Part shown: positions 35,265-47,998 of the stretch, piece by piece
Numbering within the stretch: position 1 is the stretch's first letter
Layout of the letters: each line of letters starts with the position of its first letter
Source: Octopus bimaculoides
Lineage: Eukaryota
Reading direction: 5' to 3'
Length of the DNA: 55,438 bases
Assembly (NCBI RefSeq): GCF_001194135.2
Contig: NC_068998.1
Location: 13,395,291 to 13,450,728, forward strand
Notes under the pieces: model-generated
Databases searched by the model: none
Seen by the model: only the letters and a program-made list of their open reading frames with translations
Told to the model about the DNA's origin: nothing
Position numbers and translations under genes: made by a program

Positions 35265-35832
35265 AGAAATGACTGTGTTGTAAGTAGCTTGCTTACCAAC
35301 CACATGGTTCCGGGTTCAGTCCCACTGCATGGCACCTTGGGCAAGTGTCTTCTACTACAGCCTCGGGCTGNNNNNNNNNNNNNNNNNNNNNNNNNNNNNN
35401 NNNNNNNNNNNNNNNNNNNNNNNNNNNNNNNNNNNNNNNNNNNNNNNNNNNNNNNNNNNNNNNNNNNNNNNNNNNNNNNNNNNNNNNNNNNNNNNNNNNN
35501 NNNNNNNNNNNNNNNNNNNNNNNNNNNNNNNNNNNNNNNNNNNNNNNNNNNNNNNNNNNNNNNNNNNNNNNNNNNNNNNNNNNNNNNNNNNNNNNNNNNN
35601 NNNNNNNNNNNNNNNNNNNNNNNNNNNNNNNNNNNNNNNNNNNNNNNNNNNNNNNNNNNNNNNNNNNNNNNNNNNNNNNCTTGTGAGTGGATTTGGTAGA
35701 CGGAAACTGAAAGAAACCCGTCGTATATATGTATATATATATATATATGTGTGTTTGTCCCCCCAACATCGCTTGACAACCGATGTTGGTATGTTTACGT
35801 CCCCGTAACTTAGCGGTTCAGCAAAAGAGACC
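35265..35832 (+). mobile_element. Family B SINE spanning a gap
   Basis: Head and body align to B on both sides of the N-run. Confidence 0.85.
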
Positions 35833-36499
35833 AGTTAGAGGGTGGTCCACCTGGGGCGGCACTTTTAAAGGGGCGGCACTTTTCATCCTGCTGTAGGCTA
35901 CTGCTGTGGACAATATGTGTTCTTTGTGGGGTCCAGGATCGGCAAACAGAAGGGCTGTCCCAGGTGGCATACTCTCTAGCTACATTAGTGCTCCCATGCC
36001 CAGACTTATGCCTTGGAGGGTGCAATCTCATGGTTATTCATTACCAAAGAGGGTCTTTTACTTATTTTATAAAAGCCTGAAAGGGTGAAAGGTAAAGTTG
36101 ACCTCAATAGAATTGGAATTTAGATGTAAAGATATACAAAATGCCACAAAGTATTTTGTCCTGTGTGCAAACAATTCTGCCAACTCCTCCACCTTATAGC
36201 ATTACATCATAACAAGCAACATGCAATGCAATGCTATGAACAGAGAGATAATGTGCTCATCAGCAACAATCTTCAGTTATTACAAGGAAATCATCAACCA
36301 GGGTTTTCAAAAGTTACGGTGACCTTTGAAAGTTTTATCTCTTCTTTAAACAAAATATTGATTGATGCTTTACACAACCATTTGCAAATACACACACACA
36401 CACACACACAGAGATTGACATACACATGCATGCACACAAATACATAAAACACACACAAATACGTGCTTCACAAAGACAGATATGCCTATACACCCACCT

Positions 36500-36511
36500 A
36501 TATACTCACAA

Positions 36512-36579
<68 letters not shown>

Positions 36580-36990
36580 NNNNNNNNNNNNNNNNNNNNN
36601 NNNNNNNNNNNNNNNNNNNNNNNNNNNNNNNNNNNNNNNNNNNNNNNNNNNNNNNNNNNNNNNNNNNNNNNNNNNNNNNNNNNNNNNNNNNNNNNNNNNN
36701 NNNNNNNNNNNNNNNNNNNNNNNNNNNNNNNNNNNNNNNNNNNNNNNNNNNNNNNNNNNNNNNNNNNNNNNNNNNNNNNNNNNNNNNNNNNNNNNNNNNN
36801 NNNNNNNNNNNNNNNNNNNNNNNNNNNNNNNNNNNNNNNNNNNNNNNNNNNNNNNNNNNNNNNNNNNNNNNNNNNNNNNNNNNNNNNNNNNNNNNNNNNN
36901 NNNNNNNNNNNNNNNNNNNNNNNNNNNNNNNNNNNNNNNNNNNNNNNNNNNNNNNNNNNNNNNNNNGTGTGTGTGTGTGTGTGTGTGTGT
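36500..36990. repeat. (CA)n / gap / (TG)n
   Basis: Direct inspection. Confidence 0.9.
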
Positions 36991-37294
36991 GCTCGTGTGC
37001 AGATACACTGGGTAGCGAAAACCAATTTGTGCAAACAAGTTTGTTGATTTTTTTCTTTTTTTGCTGGATGCTGAAAAGAAACCAAATAGCAAATAGGAAA
37101 AGTAGCTATGTCGATCACCTAACAAAATCAAATGATTTCATTCCCTGTTTACAATTCTGTTGGCTCTTTAATGTGTTTTGAAGAGAAATTTAAACAGTTT
37201 ATTAACACCTGAGATTTTCAATTATAATATTGAATTTCTGAATGTTGGTGAAGTTTATGAGGATGAAGAAATGTACACAAGTGTCTAAATGCAG

Positions 37295-37710
37295 CTGCAC
37301 AGGTAAGATCTGGTGGTTTACAAGTTTGTTTTGCAACCACGTGGATTCAGTCTTTCTGCTCTGTACCTTGGGTAAATGTCTTTTACTATCGCTCTGGGCC
37401 AACCAAACACTTGTGAGTGAATTTGGTAGATGGAAATTTAGGGAAAACTTGATATATAAAAAAAAAAAATCATGCCAAAACTGACCTCACCTGTGCTGGT
37501 GCCACATAAAAAGCACTCAGTTCACTCTGCAGGGTGATTGGTGTTAGGGAGGGCATCCAGCTGTAAAAGCCCTGCCAAAACAGACACAGAAGCCTCGTGT
37601 AGTCTTCTATCTGGCTGGCTCCAGTCAAACCATCCAACCCATACCAGCATGGAAGACGGATGTCAAATATTGATGATGGCGATGATGATGATGTTGATGA
37701 TGATGATGAT
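37295..37710 (+). mobile_element. Diverged B head (37295-37455) followed by family C (37485-37710)
   Basis: Alignment to the families. Confidence 0.7.
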
Positions 37711-38385
37711 GTGTGTGTGTGTGTAAAGAGAAAGGAAAAGAAAGAGAAGGAGTTATAGATAGATAGATATCATTTAATGAATAAAGGATTTATGTGTAAG
37801 CTACTTCATGTACCATGTTATCTAATTTTGTTTTGTAGCATGTATTTTGCAATACTTCCTTGTCATAAATGCATGGTTAGCCCAGAAGAGAGAGTAGTAC
37901 TAGTATGGCCAATGTAACAGTGAGAATCCTGAAGTTTGTGACTTTCACTTTTATAGTCAACTTAACAGATTTCACTGATCATTTATTTGCACCTTGCTTT
38001 CTGGTTTATATACTTGTGGTGTATAAAAGAGATCTTCGGGTTTGTTTTGGTATTTTGGAGTGCATTATTGGTCTAAGTTTATAGGTGGGTGCAATTGCAA
38101 TAAACAAATTAATATATGACAGCTGCAATATAAGGATGATTATATTAAAATAACCTTTGGCAGGAAAATCTACATGAATTCAATAAGCATATAAAAAAAA
38201 CAACACATATTCCAAATATATTTCGTTCTGGAGAATGAGACTGTGAAGAACTGGAAACATTGGATATGAATTTAAGAACTTTATCGTTCCAAACAATTTC
38301 GATAAAATCCATACCTTCTACAACATGTATTGAGTGCTCCATTCTCATTCATCCAACATACAAAGCAGTAGTAAAGTTCATTCCT

Positions 38386-38604
38386 GAGTCATATAGACTC
38401 ATAGGGCCAGTTTCCTGATTTCCATGGTGTATATATTTTCCACCAGGATGGGGTGCCAGTCCATCACAGGATTACTCATCTTTGCCAGCTCGGTGGACTG
38501 GAATAACATGAAATGAAGTGTGTTGCTCAAGAACACAATGTATTGCCTGGTCCAGGAATTGATCACGAGTCCAACACCCTAGCCACTAATCCATGCACCT
38601 CCAC
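38386..38604 (-). mobile_element. Family E tRNA-derived SINE
   Basis: Head gtggaggtgcatggattagtggctagggtgttggactcgtgatc resembles A; CORE-like tgtgttcttgagcaacacac; different tail. Confidence 0.75.
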
Positions 38605-39479
38605 ATCATCCAACATAAATCAACATATTTGTATGTGTGTATATACTTATACACGCTCACACACACACACACTCACACATACACTTTGATATGCATATGC
38701 ATCTATAAATTTATAGATACATATGCATGTCAGTGTGTATGTGTGAGTGTGTGTGTAGATAGATAGATAGATAGATAGACAGATAGATAGATAGATAGAT
38801 AGATAGAGTACGAGCATTTATGAGCAATACCTTCATTAGATATTGTGGTCCAGTAAAGCAAGTTATGGTTCATTACCTTTTTGAAGTTGAGGATTAATCA
38901 GGTGTTTGTAGACTCAGCCTTTGAAAGCTTCTAATCCAATTGCTGACATGTTTCAATCACACACACACACACACACACAGATGCTAATCCATATACATGA
39001 AAGAAATTATATTTCATCAAAATTTATAAACTTCATTTATTACAATTCGGATGTTGAATACTCTGTTAGCAGAAAAGACTGTCAACCATAGCAACCATCT
39101 CGACAGAAGCTATGAACAATTAACAATTGCCATTCCATGGTCTTGCAATTCCTAAGCAATTCAGAGAAAGCATCAAAGCTTCTATAAGCCAACCAATCTT
39201 TTAAATGTTATCATACTGGTTTGTTTGGTCACTTATCACCTCCCTGCCACACACACACACACACACACACATCAACTTTCCACTTTTTCTGCCAAAGTGA
39301 AAAATGAACATCGAAGCACACATGGTTCTGTGTTTCTTTCTTAGTTGCTTTATATATAACATTAACCAATCAACTATAAGAATTGCTTAATCTTAGCATC
39401 TTTTGGCAACAATTTTCTTTTGCTTTTCTGGTTTTTTTTCTTTTGGAATGACTAATTTAGGTAGGCATACTATCTCTCT

Positions 39480-39700
39480 CTCTTTACTCTTTTACTTGTT
39501 TCAGTCATTTGACTGCAGCTATGCTGGGGCACCGCCTTTAGTCAAGCAAATCGACCCCAGGACTTATTCTTTGTAAGCCTAGTACTTATTCTATCAGTCT
39601 CTTTCTGCTGAACCGCTAAGTTACGGGGATGTAAACACACCAGCATCGCTTGTCAAGCGAAGTTGGGGGGACAAACACAGACACACAAACATATACACAC

Positions 39701-39753
<53 letters not shown>

Positions 39754-39900
39754 CAACGGGCTTCTTTCAGTTTCCGTCTACCAAATCCACTCACAAGGCT
39801 TTGTTTGGCCCAAGGCTATAGTAGAAGACACTTGCCCAAGGTACCATGGATCATGTGGTTAAAAAGCAAGCTTCTGACCATACAGCCACACTTGCGCCTC
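39480..39900 (-). mobile_element. Family B SINE, full length
   Basis: High identity to the young B copies. Confidence 0.92.
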
Positions 39901-40900
39901 TAAATGTAGAAGATTCTGGTTTGATTTTAAATGGTTAAAATCGTTCTTCCACAATGTGATTCCACAAGTATAGCTGTGTTTGGAAGCTTGCTTTCCAGCC
40001 ATATGGTTCCTGGTTCTATCCCACTACATAGCATCTGTGGCAAGTGCTTTCTAATATAGGCCTCAGCTGATTGATGCCTTTTGAGCGAATTTTGTTGGAT
40101 GGAAACTTGTCATGTGTGTGTGTGTATGTATGTGAATGTGTGTGTATGTGTGCTTGTGTTGTCCTCTCCCAACTGCTTGACAATTAGGATTGGTTTGTTT
40201 ACAACTTTGTGACTTAGCCGTTCAACAATGGAGGTTGATAGATTAAGCATCAGACTTTAAAAAATAGTTACTGGCATCAATTTGTTTGATTAAAATCCTT
40301 CAAGGCTCAGTCTTCAAAACCTTAACACATGAATAAACACACTAGCCTTTAGTCGTAAAGGAAATCAAAAGCACAATACAATACTTCACACTAAATACAG
40401 ATTACAGTAACTATAATTAAATACACATGTAATTAAATTTAGGAATTAAAATATTAAACTAATAACAACAAAAGAAACTATTTATCACTATTTCTATGAC
40501 TGGAATATGTTTGATGCTTAAGGAAATTTAATCTAGTTATCGTTTTGGAAACTTGGATTAGTCAATGGTTTATAAGAGAAATGATTGGTCTAAATCTGGA
40601 ATACAGATATCTATAAATCCTTAGTATAACAACAGATATTAAAATATGAATGCTTTTCCAAGTTACATATGGTGTAGCAATAATATATATATATATGTAT
40701 ATGGAACTCTGAGATTCTGAAACAGAGTTAAGTGTTTTAAATGCAACTGAAATTCTTACAAGAGCAAACATTAACTTTTGTTTCAAACTCACAAGGATGT
40801 CTTTATGTGATTGTTTGATCTGCTAAAAAGAGCAGCCACATTTCTGTCTGCTCACTCTCCATCATTTCAGAAAATGATCACATTAGAACATGTAGTCCTT

Positions 40901-41160
40901 CATCATCATCATCAACATCATCATCATCATCATTTAACATCCACCTTCCAGGCTGGCATGGGTTGGACAGTTCGACAGGAGCTGACCAGGTAGAAGACTA
41001 CCCCAGGTTACTGTGACTGGTTTTTACAACAGGATGCCCTTCCTAACACCAACCAGCCTGCGGAGTGGACTGAGTGCTTTTTACATGTCACCAGCACAGG
41101 CGAGGTCAGTTTAGGCATGGCTTTTACAGTTGGATGCCCTTCCAAATGTCAACCACTTCA
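40901..41160 (-). mobile_element. Family C element with duplicated core
   Basis: ggatgcccttcc occurs twice. Confidence 0.75.
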
Positions 41161-42152
41161 AAAAAGGATAAAACGTTAAATGTTAGAATGTCTGTGGTTA
41201 GAAGTCTGATGGATCAAAGATGACATGGCCCTAAACACGAAATGCAAGCTGGGAACATTTTACCAAATTCCAACATAAATTGTCTAACCTGCTAACCTGC
41301 TAGAAATAGTAGCTATTTGTAGAAGTAAAATCAATGATGGTGATGATGACGATGATGATAATGATGATGGTGGGGTAGTGTGGAGTGGTCGTTGATGGCA
41401 TACAAATCTATAAGAATGAAGATGTGTTATTTTCCTCTGCACAGATGTACCACTCCAAAGGTTCTTTCTTGCATTATGCATTCACAAGTTATCCCTGTTA
41501 TGAAAAAGGTTTCCATCCTTATTTCAGATAATCGATATAACATTGATAGCTTTTGTTTTGTATTTTTTTTTTTCTTGAATCATAATATCCTCATTTATGT
41601 AATCAAGATAATCAGAAAATATTAACTTCTACACACACACACACATACATACGTATATGTGTGTATATACACGTACACATATANNNNNNNNNNNNNNNNN
41701 NNNNNNNNNNNNNNNNNNNNNNNNNNNNNNNNNNNNNNNNNNNNNNNNNNNNNNNNNNNNNNNNNNNNNNNNNNNNNNNNNNNNNNNNNNNNNNNNNNNN
41801 NNNNNNNNNNNNNNNNNNNNNNNNNNNNNNNNNNNNNNNNNNNNNNNNNNNNNNNNNNNNNNNNNNNNNNNNNNNNNNNNNNNNNNNNNNNNNNNNNNNN
41901 NNNNNNNNNNNNNNNNNNNNNNNNNNNNNNNNNNNNNNNNNNNNNNNNNNNNNNNNNNNNNNNNNNNNNNNNNNNNNNNNNNNNNNNNNNNNNNNNNNNN
42001 NNNNNNNNNNNNNNNNNNNNNNNNNNNNNNNNNNNNNNNNNNNNNNNNNNNNNNNNNNNNNNNNNNNNNNNNNNNNNNNNNNNNNNNNNNNNNNNNNNNN
42101 NGGGAGAGGGAGAGAGAGAGAGATGTGTGTATTTGTGTATGTTAACAATTAC

Positions 42153-42201
<49 letters not shown>

Positions 42202-42617
42202 CGGTGGAAAGCGAAATTACCTCAGCATGATCAATAAACAGATGAGTCATTAAATAGATGGCGACTGAGTACAAATGAATTATATATGATAACGATAATG
42301 ATTGCAATCATTCATTCGTTTCTCATTTTGAAAGCATGAAAGGAAAGGCCAAATAAATTGTGCAAGGGATACAAATAAAATTGGTGAAAGTTAGTATAAA
42401 AAAAAACAAGAAACAAATGGTATGGTTGTGTGATTAAGCAGTTCACTTCGCAACCATAAGGTTTTAAGTTCAGTCCCAGTACGTGGTCCCTTCGGGCAAA
42501 TGCCTTTTTATCTAGCACTGGTCTGACCAATTCCTCGTGAGTGAATTTCATAAACAGAAACTGTGTAGAAGACCGTCATATATCCATTCATCCATCCATA
42601 CATACATACATACATTT

Positions 42618-43004
42618 TTGTTGTTGGCACTCCGTCGCTTACGACGTTGAGGGTTCCAGTTGATCCGATCAACGGAACAGCCTGCTCGTGAAATTAATGT
42701 GCAAGTGACTGAGCACTCCACAGACACGTGTACCCTTAACGTAGTTCTCGGGGATATTCAGCGTGACACAGTGTGACAAGGCTGGCCCCTTTGAATTACA
42801 GGCACAACAGAAACAGGAAGAAAGAGTGAGAGAAAGTTGTGGTGGAAGAGTACAGCAGGGTTCGCCACTATCCCCTGCCGGAGCCTCGTGGAGCATTAGG
42901 TGTTTTCGCTCAATAAACACTCACAACGCCCGGTCTGGGAATCGAAACCGCGATCCTATGACCGCGAGTCTGCTGCCCTAACCACTGGGCCATTGCGCCT
43001 CCAC
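42618..43004 (-). mobile_element. Family A SINE, full length, inserted in (CATA)n
   Basis: Closely similar to 345-733. Confidence 0.92.
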
Positions 43005-43089
43005 ACACACACATACATACATACATACATACATACATACATACACACGTACATACACACACATGTTAAATACATACCAAAGAAGTTGC

Positions 43090-43535
43090 ATGACTCTACC
43101 ACAACATATCATCAGATGAAAGGATGAGCGTATATGAGCAGAAGTCCATAGATGGATATGTTAGTAGAAAATCCGTGATGATAGTAACTGTGATCATCAA
43201 AGCAGTCTCTCATGGACGAATAGCCGGATTACTACCTCCCACTTTCAAGGGTATGTGTTTGCGATCCAGAAACAGGAAATATTAACTAAATACCTGATGC
43301 ACAGAAGGGACAGAGATGCAGAAGCAGCAGTAAAATGTGACAACCAATGCAGACTTTGTGGTTTTGACACCGAAGATATCACCATCATCATAAGAAGTTG
43401 TCCAAAAATATCATCACAATATTATCTACCAATGGGACATGATGTGCAAGTTCATTGGGGCAGTGGGATATGTAACACACTGCCTAAATACCAATCTTAA
43501 GAAATTAGGTTTCTCAAACACGGAAAGGAGAAATC
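43090..43535 (+). pseudogene. RLE-type non-LTR retrotransposon fragment (R4/Dong-like), CCHC region with internal deletion
   Basis: FAIQKQEI...CRLCGFDTEDITIIIRSCPKISSQYYLPMGHD, then FIGAVGYVTHCLNTNLKKLGF. Confidence 0.8.
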
Positions 43536-43564
43536 AATGTACTTATGCACAAAGACACAGAGAG

Positions 43565-43621
43565 GGAGAGAGGGAGGGAGGGAAGAGAAGAAAAGAGAGA
43601 AAGGAAGGAGAAAGAGAGAGG

Positions 43622-43718
<97 letters not shown>

Positions 43719-43730
43719 AGAGAGACAGAG
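43565..43730. repeat. (GA)n microsatellite
   Basis: Direct inspection; source of ERER/SLSL ORFs. Confidence 0.95.
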
Positions 43731-44026
43731 TACAATATAAACAAAATTTTCAGAGTGTCAAAAGATTCTAAGAACTAAGCATTTGATATGAAATAAGCCA
43801 GTGTTGAATCCGTGGCACTAGATAAGCAGAACCAAAACGATTGTACCGAAATGTCTCAAAGCACAGAACAGACCAAAGATTAAGAAACTGATGGAGACTG
43901 TAATGCATTAGTCACAGACAGCTGATCCAAGATATAAGAGATGAATGCAGCTGGATAATTTTTTTAAATCTCAGAAGAATTGCTATTTGTGTGAGCGCAT
44001 CTATGCTAACCTCACGATCATGCATA

Positions 44027-44415
44027 TACTCTTTTACTCTTTTACTTGTTTCAGTCTTTTGACTGTGGCCATGCTGGAGCACCGCCTTTTAGTCGAGCAA
44101 ATCGACCCCAGGACTTATTCTTTGGAAGCCTAGTACTTATTCTATCGGTCTCTTTTGCCGAACTGCTAAGTTACAGGGACATAAACACACCAGCATCGGT
44201 TGTCAAGCGATGTTGGGGGGACAAACACAGACATACAAACACATACACACATACATATATATATATACATATATACAACGGGCTTCTTTCAGTTTCTGTC
44301 TACCAAATCCACTCACAAGGCTTTGGTCGGCCTGAGGCTATAGTAGAAGACACTTGCCCAAGATGCCACGCAGTGGGACTTAACCCGGAACCATGTGTTT
44401 GGGTAGCAAGCTTCG
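44027..44415 (-). mobile_element. Family B SINE
   Basis: High identity to the young B copies. Confidence 0.92.
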
Positions 44416-45906
44416 AACAACATGGCCACTGTTCAAAAAAACATTTCAAAGCAGTGCTCCAGCATGGCTACAGATGAGTTATTGAAGCAAGTAAAAGATA
44501 AAAGATATCTATCTAGAATTCAATAAATGAAACTACTTGTCATAATTTCCAGGTCTGCTACAAGAATTCTCAGATCTAGAACTGTAAATGATATCTCTGT
44601 TAAAACTGTCATTACTGATATTCAAAAGTGCCATTACATGGTCACTGGATTTACTGAAATAGCAGATAGATCTTACCACCAACAGCTTCTTTTAGCTAGA
44701 CACATTTGTTTTCTTATAGGTGGAGCATTTAAGCAATCGAATTAACTCACAGCATGATTGGCAGTTTGTTTATTGAGACCAAAAGTATGAAAGGTGAAGA
44801 CATCATTCAAGACTTATGATTTAAATTCAGAACACTTACTCCAAACAAACAAAAAAAAAAAGAAATATTTTCTGATTACCATTTTCCTTGCTTCTGGCTG
44901 CATTTGCCTATATTTGCATTCATGCATATTAATGAGAGAATTTGTTCCAGACAACATATCATTTTGCCTGGCACCATTCTTTCCCCCAGCATGAAGATGC
45001 CAGAGGTAGAAAGCAGAATTTCATCTTAGAACACAAAGATGCCAAAAAATATGAGATGTTTCGGCACAGTCGTTTTTGGTGCTGCCTATTTGGCATTGCT
45101 ACTTCAGTGCTGACTTATTTGACATCAAATGTTATTTGTATGTATTCCATTCTTAGGAAACAGACTTATTCCAATGATTGATTGAGCATATGATGTTATG
45201 GCACAGCCATTTTGGCATCACTGATTCACGGCTGCTGTTTAAATGTTTCTCTCATTTCAATGTTACTCCTATTCTCTCTTTCTTTCTCTCTCTTTCACTT
45301 TCTTTCACTCTCTCTCTCTCTCTCTGCCTCTTTTTCTCTCCCTTTCTTCTGTGTGTGAGCAGAGCTGTGTGGTTAAGAAGTTTGCTTTGCAGCCATGCAA
45401 TCTCAGGTTCAGTCCCACTGTGTGGCATCTTGAGGAATCTAAATCTTCAATTTTAGCATCAGACTGAATAATATCTTCAAAGTGAAACTGGTAAATGTAA
45501 AAAGAAACGCTTATTGTGTGAATGTCTTTCTCTCTCTCTGTATATATGTATGTATGTATTTAATAAAACCAACAGAAAGCATACAATGAATTTGCTACAG
45601 TGAGAGGAAAATACAAAGATTCAGAGAATTGCAGACAGTTTTTCTAACCCAGAGAATGTCATACTTCACTGTCTCTCTTTGATTTCACTCCTGTCAACTT
45701 TTCCTTGACGAAGGACTCAGTCTGAAACATTAGGTTTTCCACTCCTCACTGTAACTTTACTGTTTTCGTCAATTTTACTAAATAACATAGGATAATGCAA
45801 ACCAACAACAGGCTGTTTGGACTTTGTTTAATTGCATATGTGTGTGCATGTGTAAGTGTGCATGTACATATATACATGTGTGCAGTTTGTCTAAGTGTAT
45901 CTTTAA

Positions 45907-45947
<41 letters not shown>

Positions 45948-46044
45948 CACACATGCACACACACACACATATATGTACACACAGGGTTTGTAGTTCTGTG
46001 AGCTGTATAGTGACATCAATAGTGCAGGGAATACAAAAAAAAAA

Positions 46045-46445
46045 AAAGCACCCAGACCATGCTGTAAAGGGGTTGGCATTAGGAAGGACACCCTGCTATA
46101 GTAATCGTGTCAAAGCATATATTGGAGCACAATGTAGTCCTTAGTCACATTAGATCCTATCGAATCATTCCATCCCATGCCAGCATGGCACACAGAAGTT
46201 AAATGATGAGGGTGGTGAGCTGGTAGAAACGTTAGCACACCGGGTGTAATGCTTAGTGGTATTTCATCTACCGTTACATTCTGAGTTCAAATTCCACCGA
46301 GGTCGACTTTGCCTTTCATCCTTTCGGGGTCGATTAAATAAAGTACCAGTTATTTACTGAGGTCGATGTAATCGACTTAATCCCTTTGTCTGTCCTTGTT
46401 TGTCCCCTCTATGTTTAGCCCCTTGTGGGCAATAAAGAAATAAGT
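46045..46445 (+). mobile_element. Family C tail (46045-46210) followed by young family D (46212-46445)
   Basis: Alignment to the families. Confidence 0.85.
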
Positions 46446-46511
46446 TAAATGGTGATGATGATAAGGATCACACACACACATACAGACACATGCGTGCACT
46501 TGTGTGTGCAC

Positions 46512-46826
46512 GTTGTGTTGGCACTGCGTCGCTTACGACGTCGAGGGTTCCAGTTGATCCGATCAACGGAACAGCCTGCTCGTGAAATTAATGTGTAAGT
46601 GGCTGAGCACTCCACAGACACGTGTACCCTTAACGTAGTTCTCGGGGATATTCAGCGTGACACAGTGTGACAAGGCTGACCTTTTGAATTACAGGCACAA
46701 CAGAAACAGGAAGTAAGAGTGAGAGAAAGTTGTGGTGGAAGAGTACAGCAGGGTTCGCCACCATCCCCTGCCGGAGCCTCGTGGAGCTTTAGGTGTTTTC
46801 GCCCAATAAACACTCACAACGCCCGG
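46512..46826 (-). mobile_element. Family A SINE truncated by a gap
   Basis: Aligns to A up to the N-run. Confidence 0.9.
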
Positions 46827-47965
46827 NNNNNNNNNNNNNNNNNNNNNNNNNNNNNNNNNNNNNNNNNNNNNNNNNNNNNNNNNNNNNNNNNNNNNNNNNN
46901 NNNNNNNNNNNNNNNNNNNNNNNNNNNNNNNNNNNNNNNNNNNNNNNNNNNNNNNNNNNNNNNNNNNNNNNNNNNNNNNNNNNNNNNNNNNNNNNNNNNN
47001 NNNNNNNNNNNNNNNNNNNNNNNNNNNNNNNNNNNNNNNNNNNNNNNNNNNNNNNNNNNNNNNNNNNNNNNNNNNNNNNNNNNNNNNNNNNNNNNNNNNN
47101 NNNNNNNNNNNNNNNNNNNNNNNNNNNNNNNNNNNNNNNNNNNNNNNNNNNNNNNNNNNNNNNNNNNNNNNNNNNNNNNNNNNNNNNNNNNNNNNNNNNN
47201 NNNNNNNNNNNNNNNNNNNNNNNNNNNNNNNNNNNNNNNNNNNNNNNNNNNNNNNNNNNNNNNNNNNNNNNNNNNNNNNNNNNNNNNNNNNNNNNNNNNN
47301 NNNNNNNNNNNNNNNNNNNNNNNNNNNNNNNNNNNNNNNNNNNNNNNNNNNNNNNNNNNNNNNNNNNNNNNNNNNNNNNNNNNNNNNNNNNNNNNNNNNN
47401 NNNNNNNNNNNNNNNNNNNNNNNNNNNNNNNNNNNNNNNNNNNNNNNNNNNNNNNNNNNNNNNNNNNNNNNNNNNNNNNNNNNNNNNNNNNNNNNNNNNN
47501 NNNNNNNNNNNNNNNNNNNNNNNNNNNNNNNNNNNNNNNNNNNNNNNNNNNNNNNNNNNNNNNNNNNNNNNNNNTACTAATGAACAGAAGAAATATGTAC
47601 TTAATACCAGGGATAGAAGAATAATTAAAGTCATTGAGCTAGAACTAAAACTGGTTGAAACTATGTTTCACCAAATGGAAACTTGTTTGAAACAAAATGA
47701 CCAGCCAGTAATTCAAGTGTGTTTTTGTTTGATCAAACACACAGTTCCAAGGCAGCTTTAGTTCCATTTGAGTGAGATTACACACACACATATATATATA
47801 TATATACATGCACATTTCTGAATGCATGTATGTATGTATGTATTTATAGACATTTTCTAGTTCTTGTTGAACCATCCAACCCATGCCACCATTGAAAATA
47901 GACGGTACTTAACTTAATGATGATGATTATATAGACATACATACTTATTTACACACATATATATG

Positions 47966-47998
<33 letters not shown>

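Noticed and set aside
37830-38090. Hydrophobic TM-like frames after good acceptors
   Set aside because: T-rich DNA reads hydrophobic in several frames, and no acceptor-donor pair gives a consistent open exon
38877-38942. Minus-strand exon with AAG|GTAATG donor and an in-frame TGA
   Set aside because: All three frames contain stops, and nothing supports recoding
41450-41513. Exon after the acceptor ttttcctctgcacag
   Set aside because: Only weak donors (GTTCTT, GTTTCC), two equally open frames and no homology
44988-45135. 148-nt plus-strand exon with GTATGT donor
   Set aside because: Overlaps repeated ttggc(a/g)c-type motifs that look like decayed transposon subterminal repeats; the peptide is unrecognisable
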